Assembly: GCA_000934665.2 (NCBI GenBank)
Contig: KZ538860.1
Location: 1 to 64,000, forward strand
Length of the DNA: 64,000 nt
Direction: 5' to 3'
Source: Catajapyx aquilonaris
Taxonomy: Eukaryota
Part shown: piece after piece, positions 24,290 through 35,496 of the stretch
Layout of the letters: every line of letters starts with the position of its first letter
Numbering within the stretch: the first letter of the stretch is position 1
Made by a program: the position numbers and the translations under genes
Notes under the pieces: model-generated
Databases searched by the model: none
What the model was told of the DNA's origin: nothing
The model's input: only the letters and a program-made list of their open reading frames with translations

Positions 24290-27200
24290 ATGCCCCGCTC
24301 ACCTACCAGCCATGCCGCTGCCTCCTTCTTCCTCGTGGCGGCCATCCTGCTGCTGTGGCAGGCCGCTGCTGCACCGCCGCCGCCGCCGCCTCCCCTCCTG
24401 CTCCTCCTGGCCAACAGGAAGGACATCCGGATGGTGGACGTCCACAGGCCAAAGGGAAACACCACCACCATCATCAAGGTTTGTGCCCATCCATTCCGTT
24501 GCCTGCCTTTTACACCATTCCCTCTCTCAAAAAGGACCTGGAGGAGGCGGCCGCCCTGGACTTCTACCACGAGGGCAACCTGGTGTGCTGGACGGACACC
24601 AGCCAGGAGATGATCAAGTGCTCCTCGCTGCCCTCCCCGCGCTCCACCAACGGGACCGGCATCCACAACGGGGCCTCCAACGTCACCACCGTGGTCTCGG
24701 CCGGGCTCATCTCGCCGGACGGGCTGGCCTGCGACTGGCTGGGGCAGAAGCTCTACTGGACCGACTCTGAGACCAACAGGATAGAGGTGGTCACCCTCTT
24801 CCCGCACTCCGCCCCCAGCAGGCCGCGCGGAGGAGGGTACGCCCAGCAGACGCAGCACCTGCAGAAGGTGCTCTTCTGGGAGGACCTGGACCAGCCCAGG
24901 GCCGTGGCCGTGGTGCCCTCCGAGGGGCTCATGTTCTGGACGGACTGGGGGGAGGTGCCCAAGCTGGAGAGGGCCTGGATGGACGGGGACCAGAGCTCCA
25001 GGCGGGTCCTCGTCTCCAAGGACATCTTCTGGCCAAACGGACTGGCCCTCGACTACGGGAGGAGGAGGGTCTTCTGGACGGACGCACGGCTCAAGTACAT
25101 TGCCTCGGTCGACTACGACGGGGGTGGCCGCCGGTCTGTGGTCCACGAGGGGCTGCAGCACCCGTTCGCCTTGGCCCTCAGTGCCGACACCTTGTTTTGG
25201 ACGGATTGGACCACTCGGAGCATACACGTGTGCAACACCAGTGGGGGGCAGAGGCGGACGCTGCTGGGGGGAAGCCTCTCCCCCATGGACCTCAGGGTGT
25301 TTGGAGCGGACAGGCAGCCTTACGCGGACGTCCCTTGCAAGCACGACAACGGGGGTTGCTCCCACCTGTGCCTGCCCAAGCCAAATGGACGCACCTGTGC
25401 CTGTCCAACTGGTGTGAAGCTTCTGGAGGACAACAGGACCTGTGCGGACGGTCCTCAGGAGCTTCTCCTCCTGGCCAGACGGACTGATCTGAGAGTGATA
25501 TCGCTTGACACGACAGACTACACTGACTTGGTGCTGGAGGTGGGACGAGTGCGGCATGCAATTGCGGTGGACTACGACCCCTCGGACGGGATGGTGTACT
25601 GGACGGACGACGAGGCCAGGGCCATACGTCGGGCCAGGCTGGACGGTTCGGCTCGGATGGATCTGGTGACCGCGGAGGTGGACCACCCCGAAGGGATTGC
25701 CATAGACAGGGTTGCTCGAAACATGTTCTGGACAGACACGGGTACGGACAGAATAGAGGTGGCCAGGCTGGACGGGTCCTCCAGGCGTGTGCTGATCTCG
25801 GACGGACTGGATGAACCCAGGGCAATCGAGGTGGATCCCAGTTCGGGTCGGATGTTCTGGACCGACTGGGGACGGACTCCGAAAATAGAGCGGGCCGCCC
25901 TGGACGGCTCTTCCCGCGTGACCCTCGTCCAGGAGGGGCTGGGGTGGCCCAACGGACTGGCCCTGGACGCGGAAGCAGGCAGGCTCTACTGGTGCGACGC
26001 AACGACGGACAGGCTGGAGTCGGTCGATGTGGATGGAAATGGACGGCTGACCGTGGTGGGGGAGCACATGCCCCACGCGTTTGGCCTAGCCCTGCTGGGC
26101 GACTACCTGTACTGGTCCGACTGGCAGCGGAGGAGCGTCGAGAGGGTCCACAAGGTGACTGGGACCGACAGGCGCATCATCGTGGACCAGCTGCCCGACC
26201 TGATGGGGATCAAGGCTGTTTGGACCGCCCCGGTTGACATGGGGTCAAACGCTTGTGCCGCTAACAACGGAAACTGTTCCCACCTGTGCTTGAACCGCCC
26301 GCAAGGCTACGTCTGCGCATGTCCGTCTGGCCAGGAGCTGGGAGCGGACAGGCGCAAGTGTGTGGTTCCAAGGGCGTTCCTGCTGGTGGCTCGCCGGGAG
26401 GCCATCACCCGCGTCAGCCTGAGGGGAGACTCGCCCTCGCCTGTGCCTCTGACCGGAGTGCGAAACGCAGTTGCCCTGTCTTACTCGCTGTTTGATCAGC
26501 GCGTGTACTGGGCTGATGCCGGCTCACGATGCATTGGACGTGCCTTTCTGAATGGTTCCGAGGCAGAGCGTGTGGTGGAGACTGGCCTGGACTTCCCCGA
26601 GAGTGTGGCTGTGGACTGGGTTGGACGCAACCTCTACTGGGCCGACTCCAACGCCGGACGCATCGAGGTGAGCAGGCTGGACGGCAGGTCGCGCCGGACT
26701 CTGCTGTGGGCAGGGCTGGACCAGCCGCGCTCCCTGGCGCTTGATCCGGCTCAGGGAAGGATGTACTGGGCCGAGTGGGGGCCCGGACCACGCATACAGA
26801 TGTCTGGACTGGACGGTTCCGGCCGAGCCACTCTGGTTTCCAGGACGGGCAGACCCAACTCCCTCACCGTGGACTTCTCATCCACCCGGCTCCTGTGGGT
26901 TGATCTGGATGCCAGGTCGATAGAAGCTGTGGACATCCCCAGCGGGAAAGGACGTGTCCGGATACTGTCTCTGAGCCACCCGTACGCAGTGACCTTGTAC
27001 GAGTCTGACATGTTCTGGACGGACACCAGCAGTGGAGATGTGGAACGGGCTGACAAACAGAGCGGGGCCAACCGCACCGTCGTTGTGTCGAGCAATGGGG
27101 ATGTGACTGACATGGTGGTGTACCACGCGTCCCGCCAGTTGGGCTGGAACCACTGTGCCGTCAGCAACGGCGGTTGCGAACACCTGTGCCTGGCCCTCCC

Positions 27201-29635
27201 ACCTGACCTGTCCAATGCGGACCAGTCCTACACCTTCGCCTGCTCCTGCCCAACCCACTTCCGCTTGGCACCCGACAACCGCACCTGCCTCCCACCCGTC
27301 CGCTACCTTGTCCTCAGCAGGCGGTCGTCTGTCAGCCGCCTTGTGGTTGACGAAAGCAACGAGTGCCCAGAAGCCCCCATGTCGGTCAGAGGGCTGAAAG
27401 GGGTTCAGGCCATGGACGTGGACATTGCCCGCCACGTGCTCTACTGGGTCGACTCCCGCTCCTTTGCCATTCGAAGGGCCAACCTGTCCGATCCGCTCTC
27501 CACGTCCGTGATGATCCCGGGGTCGGATGACCACCATCCGTACGACATTGCAGTGGACCCCTACACTGGCTCTCTGTTCTGGTCCTGCTCGCGGAACAAC
27601 GTGATCAACGTGACCAGGGCCGATGGGACCCTGGTTGGGTCCGTGATTGGCGGTGGATCGGACAAGCCCCGCAGCCTGGCTCTCCATCCCGCTCGAGGAC
27701 TCCTGCTGTGGACCAACATGGCATCGCCTCCCAAGATAGAGAGCACCACTCTGGACGGACTGTCGAGGGCCACTGTGGTGACGGACGTGGAGGAACCCTC
27801 TGCCTTGGCCATAGATGACTCCAGGCTGTACTGGACGGACATACCATCGCAGCGGATCGAGTCGTGCAACTTGGACGGAAGGGACAGGAGGGAGCTGGTG
27901 AAGGGCCTGGTCCATCCAGTGGCCATAGCCATTGCCGGGGATTCCCTGTACTGGGGGGACAGGGAGTCGGAGGCAGTGGAGAGGGTGGACAAGCGGACGG
28001 GTGCTGGCCGCCTGCGCGTCCTGTCCAGGCTGCAGCACCTCTCCGGGCTGAGGTCAGTGTCCCCTGCCGTGGAGGCCCACCCGTGCGACTCCTCCGGATG
28101 CTCCCACCTGTGCCTGTCCGACCCAGACAGCGAGTCCTTCCGGTGCGGGTGCCCACTGCACATGTCCTTGAAGGAGGATGGCCGCCAGTGTGGCCCTGTG
28201 CCGCCCTGTGGGGCAACTGACTTTGTGTGCAGGGACGGACGCACCCAGTGCGTCCCTGCCAGGTGGCAGTGCGACGGGCGTGCGGACTGCCTGGACGGGT
28301 CGGACGAGGAGGCCTGCCCGGCAGTTGGGGAGGACCCGCAGGACGTGCTGGTGGACGCGGACGTCGTGTCTGGAGGGATGGTCCTGCCCCCGGGGAGGGA
28401 GGAGCTGTACCCGGGGTCCAGCCGCAACACTTACATCATGGCTTCCGTCATCCCAATCATGTTCATCTGCTTCCTGTCGGCACTGGGCTACTTCTGGTGC
28501 AAGAGGTCGAGGACGGTGGAGGACTTGGACGAGGATGCGGCCCACCACCCCCTGACCCCCAAGATGACTGCGGCCCCTGCGCCTGCCCCCCTGCAGCCCC
28601 GGGGGTCGGGAGGCCACCCCTCAGCCGCCATCCCGCCCATGAGACACGCCACCAACGGAGCAGGGAGGGGCATCCACCCTGGGACGGACGCAGTCTGCAT
28701 GTCCATGCTGGACTCATCCAGTGGGCAGCGGGTCGGAGGGTCCACCACCAGCTCTGGAGGAGGCGGCGGCGCCCCTGCCGCACTGCTGGGACACCACGGG
28801 GGAGGGGCAGGCGGGAGGTACCCCAGGGAGACCCTCAACCCTCCTCCCAGCCCTGCCACGGACACCAGGTCGCAAGGGACGGACAGGTCAGTTGGCTGCC
28901 AGCTGCGGTTGGGGCCAGAAAGTGTCTAACGATGTGCATTGCAGGAACTCTGGCGTGTTTGTGGGCTACTTCCACCACTCGTCGTCCTCCGGTGGCGGTG
29001 GAGACGTGGGCGGGAGCGTTGGTTGCGTGATGGCTGCGTCTGGAGGCGAGGGCGGGGCAGGCAGCATGGTGATGGGTGGCTCCCTGCCGCACCCTTCCAG
29101 AGCCGCACACCACCACCACCAGCCGCCGCAGCACCACCGACGGCCCTACCGCCGCTACAAGAGCATGAACCAGCCCCCCCCTCCCACGCCCTGCTCCACG
29201 GACGTCTGCGACGACTCCGACTCGACCCACTACGTCAGCTGCCACCACCAGTGCCCCTGCCAGCTGCAGCACTGCTGCCACAACGAGGACGACGAGGAGT
29301 GCGAGGAGGACGGGTGCGCGGGTGGGGCCGGTGGGCCCAGGGGCCAGTGGGTGGACTTTGACGAGGGGCTGGACGACTCCTCCCCCTCCCACCACCGCCC
29401 CCACCACCGCCCCTCCCCGGCCGTCCCCCCTCCCACCCCCCGCTCCACCCGCTCCCAGTGCCCCTCCGAGGCCAGCTGCTGCCCCCACACCGCCCCAACC
29501 TCCTCCCCCTCCTCCACCGAGAGGTCCTTCCCCCTGCACCTCCACCACCGCCCCCACCACAGGAGGAACCCCCGTCGACACGTCCCTCCCCAGCCCTGCC
29601 CGTCCCCCACCAACCAGCAGCCGGACAGGTGGTGA
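24290..29635 (+). CDS. arr: Low-density lipoprotein receptor-related protein 5/6 (arrow), Wnt co-receptor; exons 24290-24478, 24535-28886, 28945-29635
   Basis: Signal peptide; [10 protein letters not shown]; four YWTD propeller + EGF units; one LDLa repeat; transmembrane segment; cytoplasmic [32 protein letters not shown]. Confidence 0.95.
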
Positions 29636-29947
29636 CAACCAACCAACAACGTTCCTTCCTCAACAATGATCAATTTGTTTAAGTGCCATTATCCAGACAG
29701 GAATATCATGTGCCTAGTGTATGCGTGCGGAAAGAGTGAGTGTGCAACGACGGAGAGAAAGATTGTGCGACGAGATGGTAGTGCTGGAGGGTAACCAATA
29801 AAAAGTACCAGCCATCTTTTTTTTTACACAAAAAAATTGGCATCCAGTCATTACGCCCTGCGCTCAATCCCACTGAATCGCCCAATTAACGAATATAAAC
29901 TAGATTTAATTATAACAACGACTACATTCAACAATTATTGAAGGCGG

Positions 29948-30964
29948 CTACAGCTTGGCCAGCGCTGGGTTGAGGTCTCCGAGTGTCTCCAGGTGAGAGT
30001 CCGGCAGCAGCCTCTTGTCCTCTTTGCTGGAGGATGCCTCCCACCTGTCCAGCTCCTCCTTGGTGGTTATCCCGGACAGGACCAGGAGGGTGTGCAGCCC
30101 GCAGTTCTTCCCGAGGAGGACGTCCGACTGCGCCCTGTCCCCAATCATCAGCGTCCTGCTGGGGTCCACCGCTCCTGGGTACTCCGCCTGGATGGTCTGG
30201 AACATCAGCGGACTTGGCTTGCCCAGGACTAGCGGGGTGCGGCCTGACGCCGTTTGGACTGCCGCAACCAGCGTGCCCGTACCTGCAGATTTAAGCGTGC
30301 CTCAGAGTAAGTGCATGTTGCAGTGGGCCAGGCGGACGTCCGTACCGGGCACAACCAGGTCGATGTCTGTTGGGAACCTCTCGTCGGTGTTTGTGACCAG
30401 GAAGATGCTGGAGGGGTCCTTCAGGTAGGAGGCTGCCTTCAGCATCTTCGGGTAGGAGATGTGCTCGTCAAACCCGACCACCACCGCCCCCACCTCCCTG
30501 TCCAGAGTGGGAGGGAGCGAGGTGATGAAGGGGATGAGCGGCTGGTCCATCACGTCCGGCCCCAGTCCCACGTGCCTGATCCCAACCCTGTCCAGCTCCT
30601 GCGTGATCCCCTTTGAGCCCACCAGGTACACCTTCCGGTCGAACCCTCTCTCCTTGAGGTACCTGGCGGCCAGGTAGGACGTCCCAAACACGTTCCCCTC
30701 CCCGTCCGGCGTGGGGAAGCCCAGCGAGGCACACTTCCTGACGTACTCCTCCCTTGACTTGGTGCTGTTGTTGGTCACGTAGAAGACGCGCTTCCCAAGC
30801 CGGACAAAGTGCCTGATGGCCTCTGCGCTCCCTTCGATCCCCCTCTCGCCCGACCAGAGGACCCCGTCGCAGTCGGTCAGCACCGTGTCGAAAGTGGACA
30901 GCCATCCGGAGAGGTCAGCGGCGGGCAGGGCGGACAGCAGTCGGGACGGCATCTTATTCAACAT
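29948..30964 (-). CDS. PGP: HAD class IIA phosphoglycolate / glycerol-3-phosphate phosphatase; exons 30964-30346 and 30282-29948
   Basis: DCDGVLW, VTNNSTKSR, VVGFD, TNTD, VVPG|TGTLV, LGKP, MIGDRAQSDVLLG, LLVLSG. Confidence 0.92.
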
Positions 30965-31328
30965 ACGCCCAGCTGCACTGCGGAGGATGATGATGAGGCT
31001 TATTTCAGAGAATGTATTTCACAATCCGGCCATAAGGAAATAAACATGCGAATTACCCACCAGTTGGTGCGCAACCCATAAAAACCATCCTCACCTGATA
31101 TTATTTACGACTCAATCGCAATTTGCCAATTTTTCAGATTAAGGAAAATTACGTCATTCGCACGACCTTGCCCAGTGTTTGTGTCTACTGTTGAAGAGGA
31201 GGACAGTTGGCGTAGGTCAGCACCGCCCTCTTGGCAAGTTCCTTCCCGGAGAGATCACTCACCCAGCGCGTGCTTAGCAAAGAAGAGTGCGAAAATTGCA
31301 ATTTTGGCGAGACCGGCTTCGTGTGGGG

Positions 31329-31341
31329 GCCGCCATCTTGG
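31329..31341 (-). promoter_or_regulatory. YY1 site CCAAGATGGCGGC in the divergent PGP/RPS10 promoter
   Basis: GCCGCCATCTTGG on the plus strand, a full consensus match. Confidence 0.6.
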
Positions 31342-31898
31342 AAACCAGGGTTGGCAGCTCTGATGGAACAAATGCTAATGACATCAATTTAACATTAAAT
31401 TTGAGTATAAAATGGCCTTGCACTAATTGCAATCCGATTGTGGTTATAATGTCGATTTAATTAGATGGTTGTAACACCGGGGTAAGTTCCATATTCCGCC
31501 TTGCCACCCTGCCAATTGCAAATGGCCGCCTGTTTGTGAGAGGAAAGGATCGTTCTGAAGAGGAGGAGGCTTTGAGCCAGGTGGGTCTGAATCCGGGGCC
31601 ATCCGGGCACGGGGGCGGCCCCAGGTGGGTTTGGGCACGGGGCGGAAGGTGGGGAGGGAGCACACCCACGCGGCGGGCGGGCGGGATGGGGTCATTCGGT
31701 CGAAGAGAGGGAAAGACCGGCACATGCCACGTTGGCTCTCGTGCGCAGGGGGCCGCCCCGGGGTCCCACCCACCCTGCACCGTTGGCTCGTGCGCAGGGG
31801 CCGCCCGTGGGCCGCCCCTGGGCCATGCACCGCATATGTAATCTCACCACCGTTTCCTCCTCCTCCCTCCCGACACACAGACAATACACCGTGTGAAG

Positions 31899-32684
31899 AT
31901 GTTCATGCCCAAGAAGAACAAGAATGCGATCTACGAGAGCCTGTTCAAGGAGGGGGTGATGGTGGCCAAGAAGGACTTCCACTCCCCGAAGCACCCCGAG
32001 CTGGAGGCCGTGCCCAACATCCACGTGATCAAGGCCATGCAGTCGCTCAAGTCCAGGGGCTACGTGACGGAGCAGTTCGCCTGGAGGCACTACTACTGGT
32101 ACCTCACCAACGAGGGGATCCAGTACCTCAGGGACTACCTGCACCTCCCACCCGAGATCGTGCCCGCCACCCTCAAGCGACCCACCCGCACAGAGTCCTC
32201 CAGGCCACGTCCCACCGGGAGGGGGCCCATGGGGGGGGACCGGGAAGGGGGCTACAAGCCCTCCGAGGACAGGGCCGCCTACAGGCGCACCGGAGGGGGC
32301 TTCGGCGGGGACAGGATGGACAAGAAGGGGGACGTCGGCCCTGGGGTGCATCCCGTCGAATTCGTGAGTATTGCGCGCCTGGGAACGCACGGGAAAAAGA
32401 GCTGTCGTTTTCGACCGGTTGGATTAAATCGCATGGCCTTGCCTACAGTCCTTGTGTAGACAGCAATGCAGGACTAGGTTGGGGGCTTATGGTGTGTTTG
32501 CATGTGAGCAATCAAATCACTCGCATGTAAACACACCTTGCTTCACTCTAAATATTGCACTGGCCATGCTTGAAGTGATGGGGTTTGTTGGGCATGTCAA
32601 GAGAGGCTTGTGATTAATTCCCCCCCTTTTTGTTTGCATTTTCAGCGTGGTGGTTTTGGCCGTGGCCGTGGAGCTCCTCAGTAA
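31899..32684 (+). CDS. RPS10: 40S ribosomal protein S10; coding exons 31899-32363 and 32646-32684
   Basis: [26 protein letters not shown]...[36 protein letters not shown]...[21 protein letters not shown] at ~32712. Confidence 0.97.
32491..32537 (+). repeat. 18-bp stem / 11-nt loop hairpin in the last RPS10 intron
   Basis: GGTGTGTTTGCATGTGAG / CTCGCATGTAAACACACC, fully paired with two G-U pairs. Confidence 0.8.
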
Positions 32685-33747
32685 TCTGCGATGCTGTGAG
32701 GATGTAAAGAAAATAAACCATCTTTAACAGCCCAGAGCCTTTTAATTCACCCTCATGACTCTGCATGTGGGAAGCATGAAATAGTTGCTACCCTTTTTTG
32801 TTGCGAACTTCGCATGGGGATATCGAGAAACCTGCCGTGTCTCGGGCGCAAGTGCTATTTTTTAAAAGTGGATTTCTTAACCATTCCAATTGTCTGAAAT
32901 GCCAAATAAAGACGGTCTTTGGCAGTTGCAAGTTCATATGTTTACTTTCTGGATGGGCGGGCGGGTGGCGACGTAGAATTTTCGCTATGCATTTGGGTGG
33001 CCCTCAGTTGCTGGACTGTGGCAGCTCCAGAGTTCTGGAACAAAGAGGAATGGTTGGGTTGTTGTGAGGCATGCATTTATCCAGTTCACAGGGGTGGTTG
33101 TCAGCTATAGGTTATTAAAATGTGCGCTTTCAATTCCTGTGATGTGAGTAATATACCTGGCGATGTATGTAATGGGCAGTCCGAGGAACTGCGCCCCTGC
33201 GGCCAGGGCCCTTCCAGTGACGGAGAGGGCCTGGGAGGTGAGGAAGAGGCTCAGGTCGAGGAGGGCCAGGAAGGAGCCGAGCAAGGTGTGGAGACCCATC
33301 CTGTGGCCAGTCGTGGTGGGTCCACCCGAGGGAGGAGGTGCAAAGAGAGAGGCACCTGCAGATGGTTCGGAATATTCCTACTGCCGTTTCCGAGGCGACT
33401 GAGGAGGAGGAAGCAACAATGCCATTGCCAGAATGAAGGCAACAATGCCAAAAATAATGTCCACGTGGTGAGAGGCGGCCACTCGAACGCACCCGAACGA
33501 AGATGGCCTCCCCCTCCTGGCCTGCAGGGTGCTGCTGGTTATGAAACACTCGAAGGGTTCCTCTTCTCCTGGCCTTCTCCTCCTCTTCCTTCTGGGGGCT
33601 GGGGTTGTGATGCTCTAGGGGTGCTGCTGGGCCAAAGGGTGAGTGTCCACCAGGGAGATGTGTGTCCAGAGGGAAGGTGGGTGGGTGCGGTGTGGACGAT
33701 GCTAAACTGAATGGTCCTGATCCGCATTAATAGTTCATCCCAGGGCA

Positions 33748-34724
33748 ATGCGGTTGGTGGTGAAGGTCAAGGAGGAAGTGCTGGAGGAGGAAGACAGCCG
33801 GGAAAGGACTGGCACGGAGACGTGGAACCTGCCTCTGAAGGAAGAGGAGGCCCGCCCTTTGAGCTCTGGCGGTGATGATTGGACACCTGCTGCAGAGGTT
33901 GGTGAGCAGGTCAAGGAGGAAGAGGAGGAGATGGTGGCCATCAAGGAAGAGCCTCAAGATGAGGACGATCCATTGGAAGTCGACTCAGGGAGTGCTGCTA
34001 CTGATGAGGTACTCTCTGCCGCCCCATGTTATTACCTTCATTGACCTTAAAATGGGGTTGCCTTCACACACGTTTGCCATCACTGTATGGCACGTTATTC
34101 CCATGTACTAGGTGGGAGCATTGACACAGCGTCAGTTACTGACCATCTGACATGAGAATGTGGTGCTAGCATGAAACATATCGTGGCATTTGTATCCAAG
34201 CACCTTCAGTTACTTGATTCCTCTTTCAGGTGGCAGGAGAAAATGCTGATGGAAATAATGCAGGGGAGCAGCTGGGGAGAAGGAGCATGGCGGGGAGCGA
34301 CGAGAGGCCATTTGCTTGCCAGCATTGCTACAAGAGGTTCAGGTGGAAACACCATTGGAACCAGCACATGACACGCCACGTGGGGCACACACCCTACGGC
34401 TGCGAGGAGTGCCCGAAGAAATTCAGTCGAGCGTGTGACTTGGGGAAACACATGTTGCTTCACGCGAGGGAAATGCCACACATTTGCCTCTGGTGTGAGA
34501 AAAGGTTCCTCACCCTGTTTAACTTGAAGAGACACACCAAGCTCCACACTCTCGATTGCAAAAAGTCTCGTGGAAATGAGGGTCGTCTTGCAGCTGACCT
34601 GCAATTATTGCACACCAGTGGGGGACCTATTGCGGAGGGGAAATTTGATTGCCAGTTGTGCCAAAAGAGGATGATTTCCGCATCCGATTTGAGGACTCAC
34701 ATGCGGACACACACAGCAGGGTAG
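33748..34724 (+). CDS. Cluster gene ZNF-A: acidic exon 33748-34008 + C2H2 exon 34230-34724 (4 fingers)
   Basis: VKEE..ETWNLPLKEEE..EMVAIKEE..DDPL; phase-0 GT-AG intron; CxxC..HxxxH fingers. Confidence 0.8.
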
Positions 34725-35150
34725 GAGCCCATGCAAAGATCTTGCAAGCGCATCATGTGTGAGGTTGATGCCCCGGAACAAGGGCAGGGGAGAGGAACCC
34801 TGCTCATCCTGCAACTGGCCGGAAAGGGGTGGTACAATACACCAGCATCACCAGTATCACAGGGGCTCTTCTGGTTTTGCATGATGATTGTGTTAACTAG
34901 CTGGCTGCCTGATGTCCTTCAATGTTGCCAGAAATAAAAATCTGAAGCTCTTTTAATTATTATTTTCTTTTACGTTTGAAACATGTTTAATTTATGACTG
35001 ATGTAGTAGGGTGGACGTGCCACTCCCAAAAGGACCGAAGTGACGCTAGGAGTCTGCGCTGCGAGCCCCCCTTTGTGCACTGCATTGCATAATATAATGT
35101 ATTGTTGTGAGAAGCAGCCAACGAGAGATGGATTATATTATTATCAAAGA

Positions 35151-35280
35151 GGGTAGCAGCGACCCATACGGGAACTGCTACCCCCCCCTGCGACTCATGA
35201 ATAGCGGTTAAGGCCGTGAAACCAATGGGGACTGGAGAGCGGGGGTGGGAATGCGCCCGGACATTGATCCAAGATGGCGG
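35151..35280 (+). promoter_or_regulatory. Cluster promoter cassette (type copy). Other copies: ~33484-33508 (partial), 38816-38920, 42652-42779, 47172-47312, 49540-49645, 52005-52122, 53490-53611, 55996-56118, 58250-58360 (minus strand), 60425-60559
   Basis: Ordered motifs GTAGCAGCGA..(TCG)CTGCTAC, TAGCGCTTAAGGCC, GGTCGGAATGCRCCC, CAAGATGGCGG (YY1) upstream of each cluster gene. Confidence 0.85.
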
Positions 35281-35355
35281 AACGTCTTCCTCTTCTTCTT
35301 CTGCTCTCGAGAGAGTGGCTCGTCGTGGCCATTGCTCTGTAGGAATTAATTAATC

Positions 35356-35388
<33 letters not shown>

Positions 35389-35496
35389 TCATTTCCTCAT
35401 GGAATTGCCTGGGTATGATAAATGAAGGCGGGGAATCATCCGCACGTGACGCATTTCCTCAGGGAATTGCCTGATGGCCATTATAGTTCCAGGACC

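Noticed and set aside
23665..26076. 803-aa minus-strand ORF and other long antisense ORFs (e.g. 21200-22447, 26878-28038)
   Set aside because: Shadow frames of GC-rich coding exons with no recognisable domains
31600..31825. snoRNA in the GC-rich region upstream of the RPS10 start, which has direct and inverted GGGGCCGCCC repeats
   Set aside because: No C/D pair or H/ACA geometry found; the repeats are explicable by local duplication
33120..33710. 196-aa ORF upstream of ZNF-A
   Set aside because: No domain similarity or clear splice structure, and it runs across the ZNF-A promoter motifs
34722..34760. Stop-codon readthrough at the ends of ZNF-A (HTAG*EP) and ZNF-F (HT*E)
   Set aside because: Downstream sequence does not encode intact fingers; better explained as truncating mutations followed by decay
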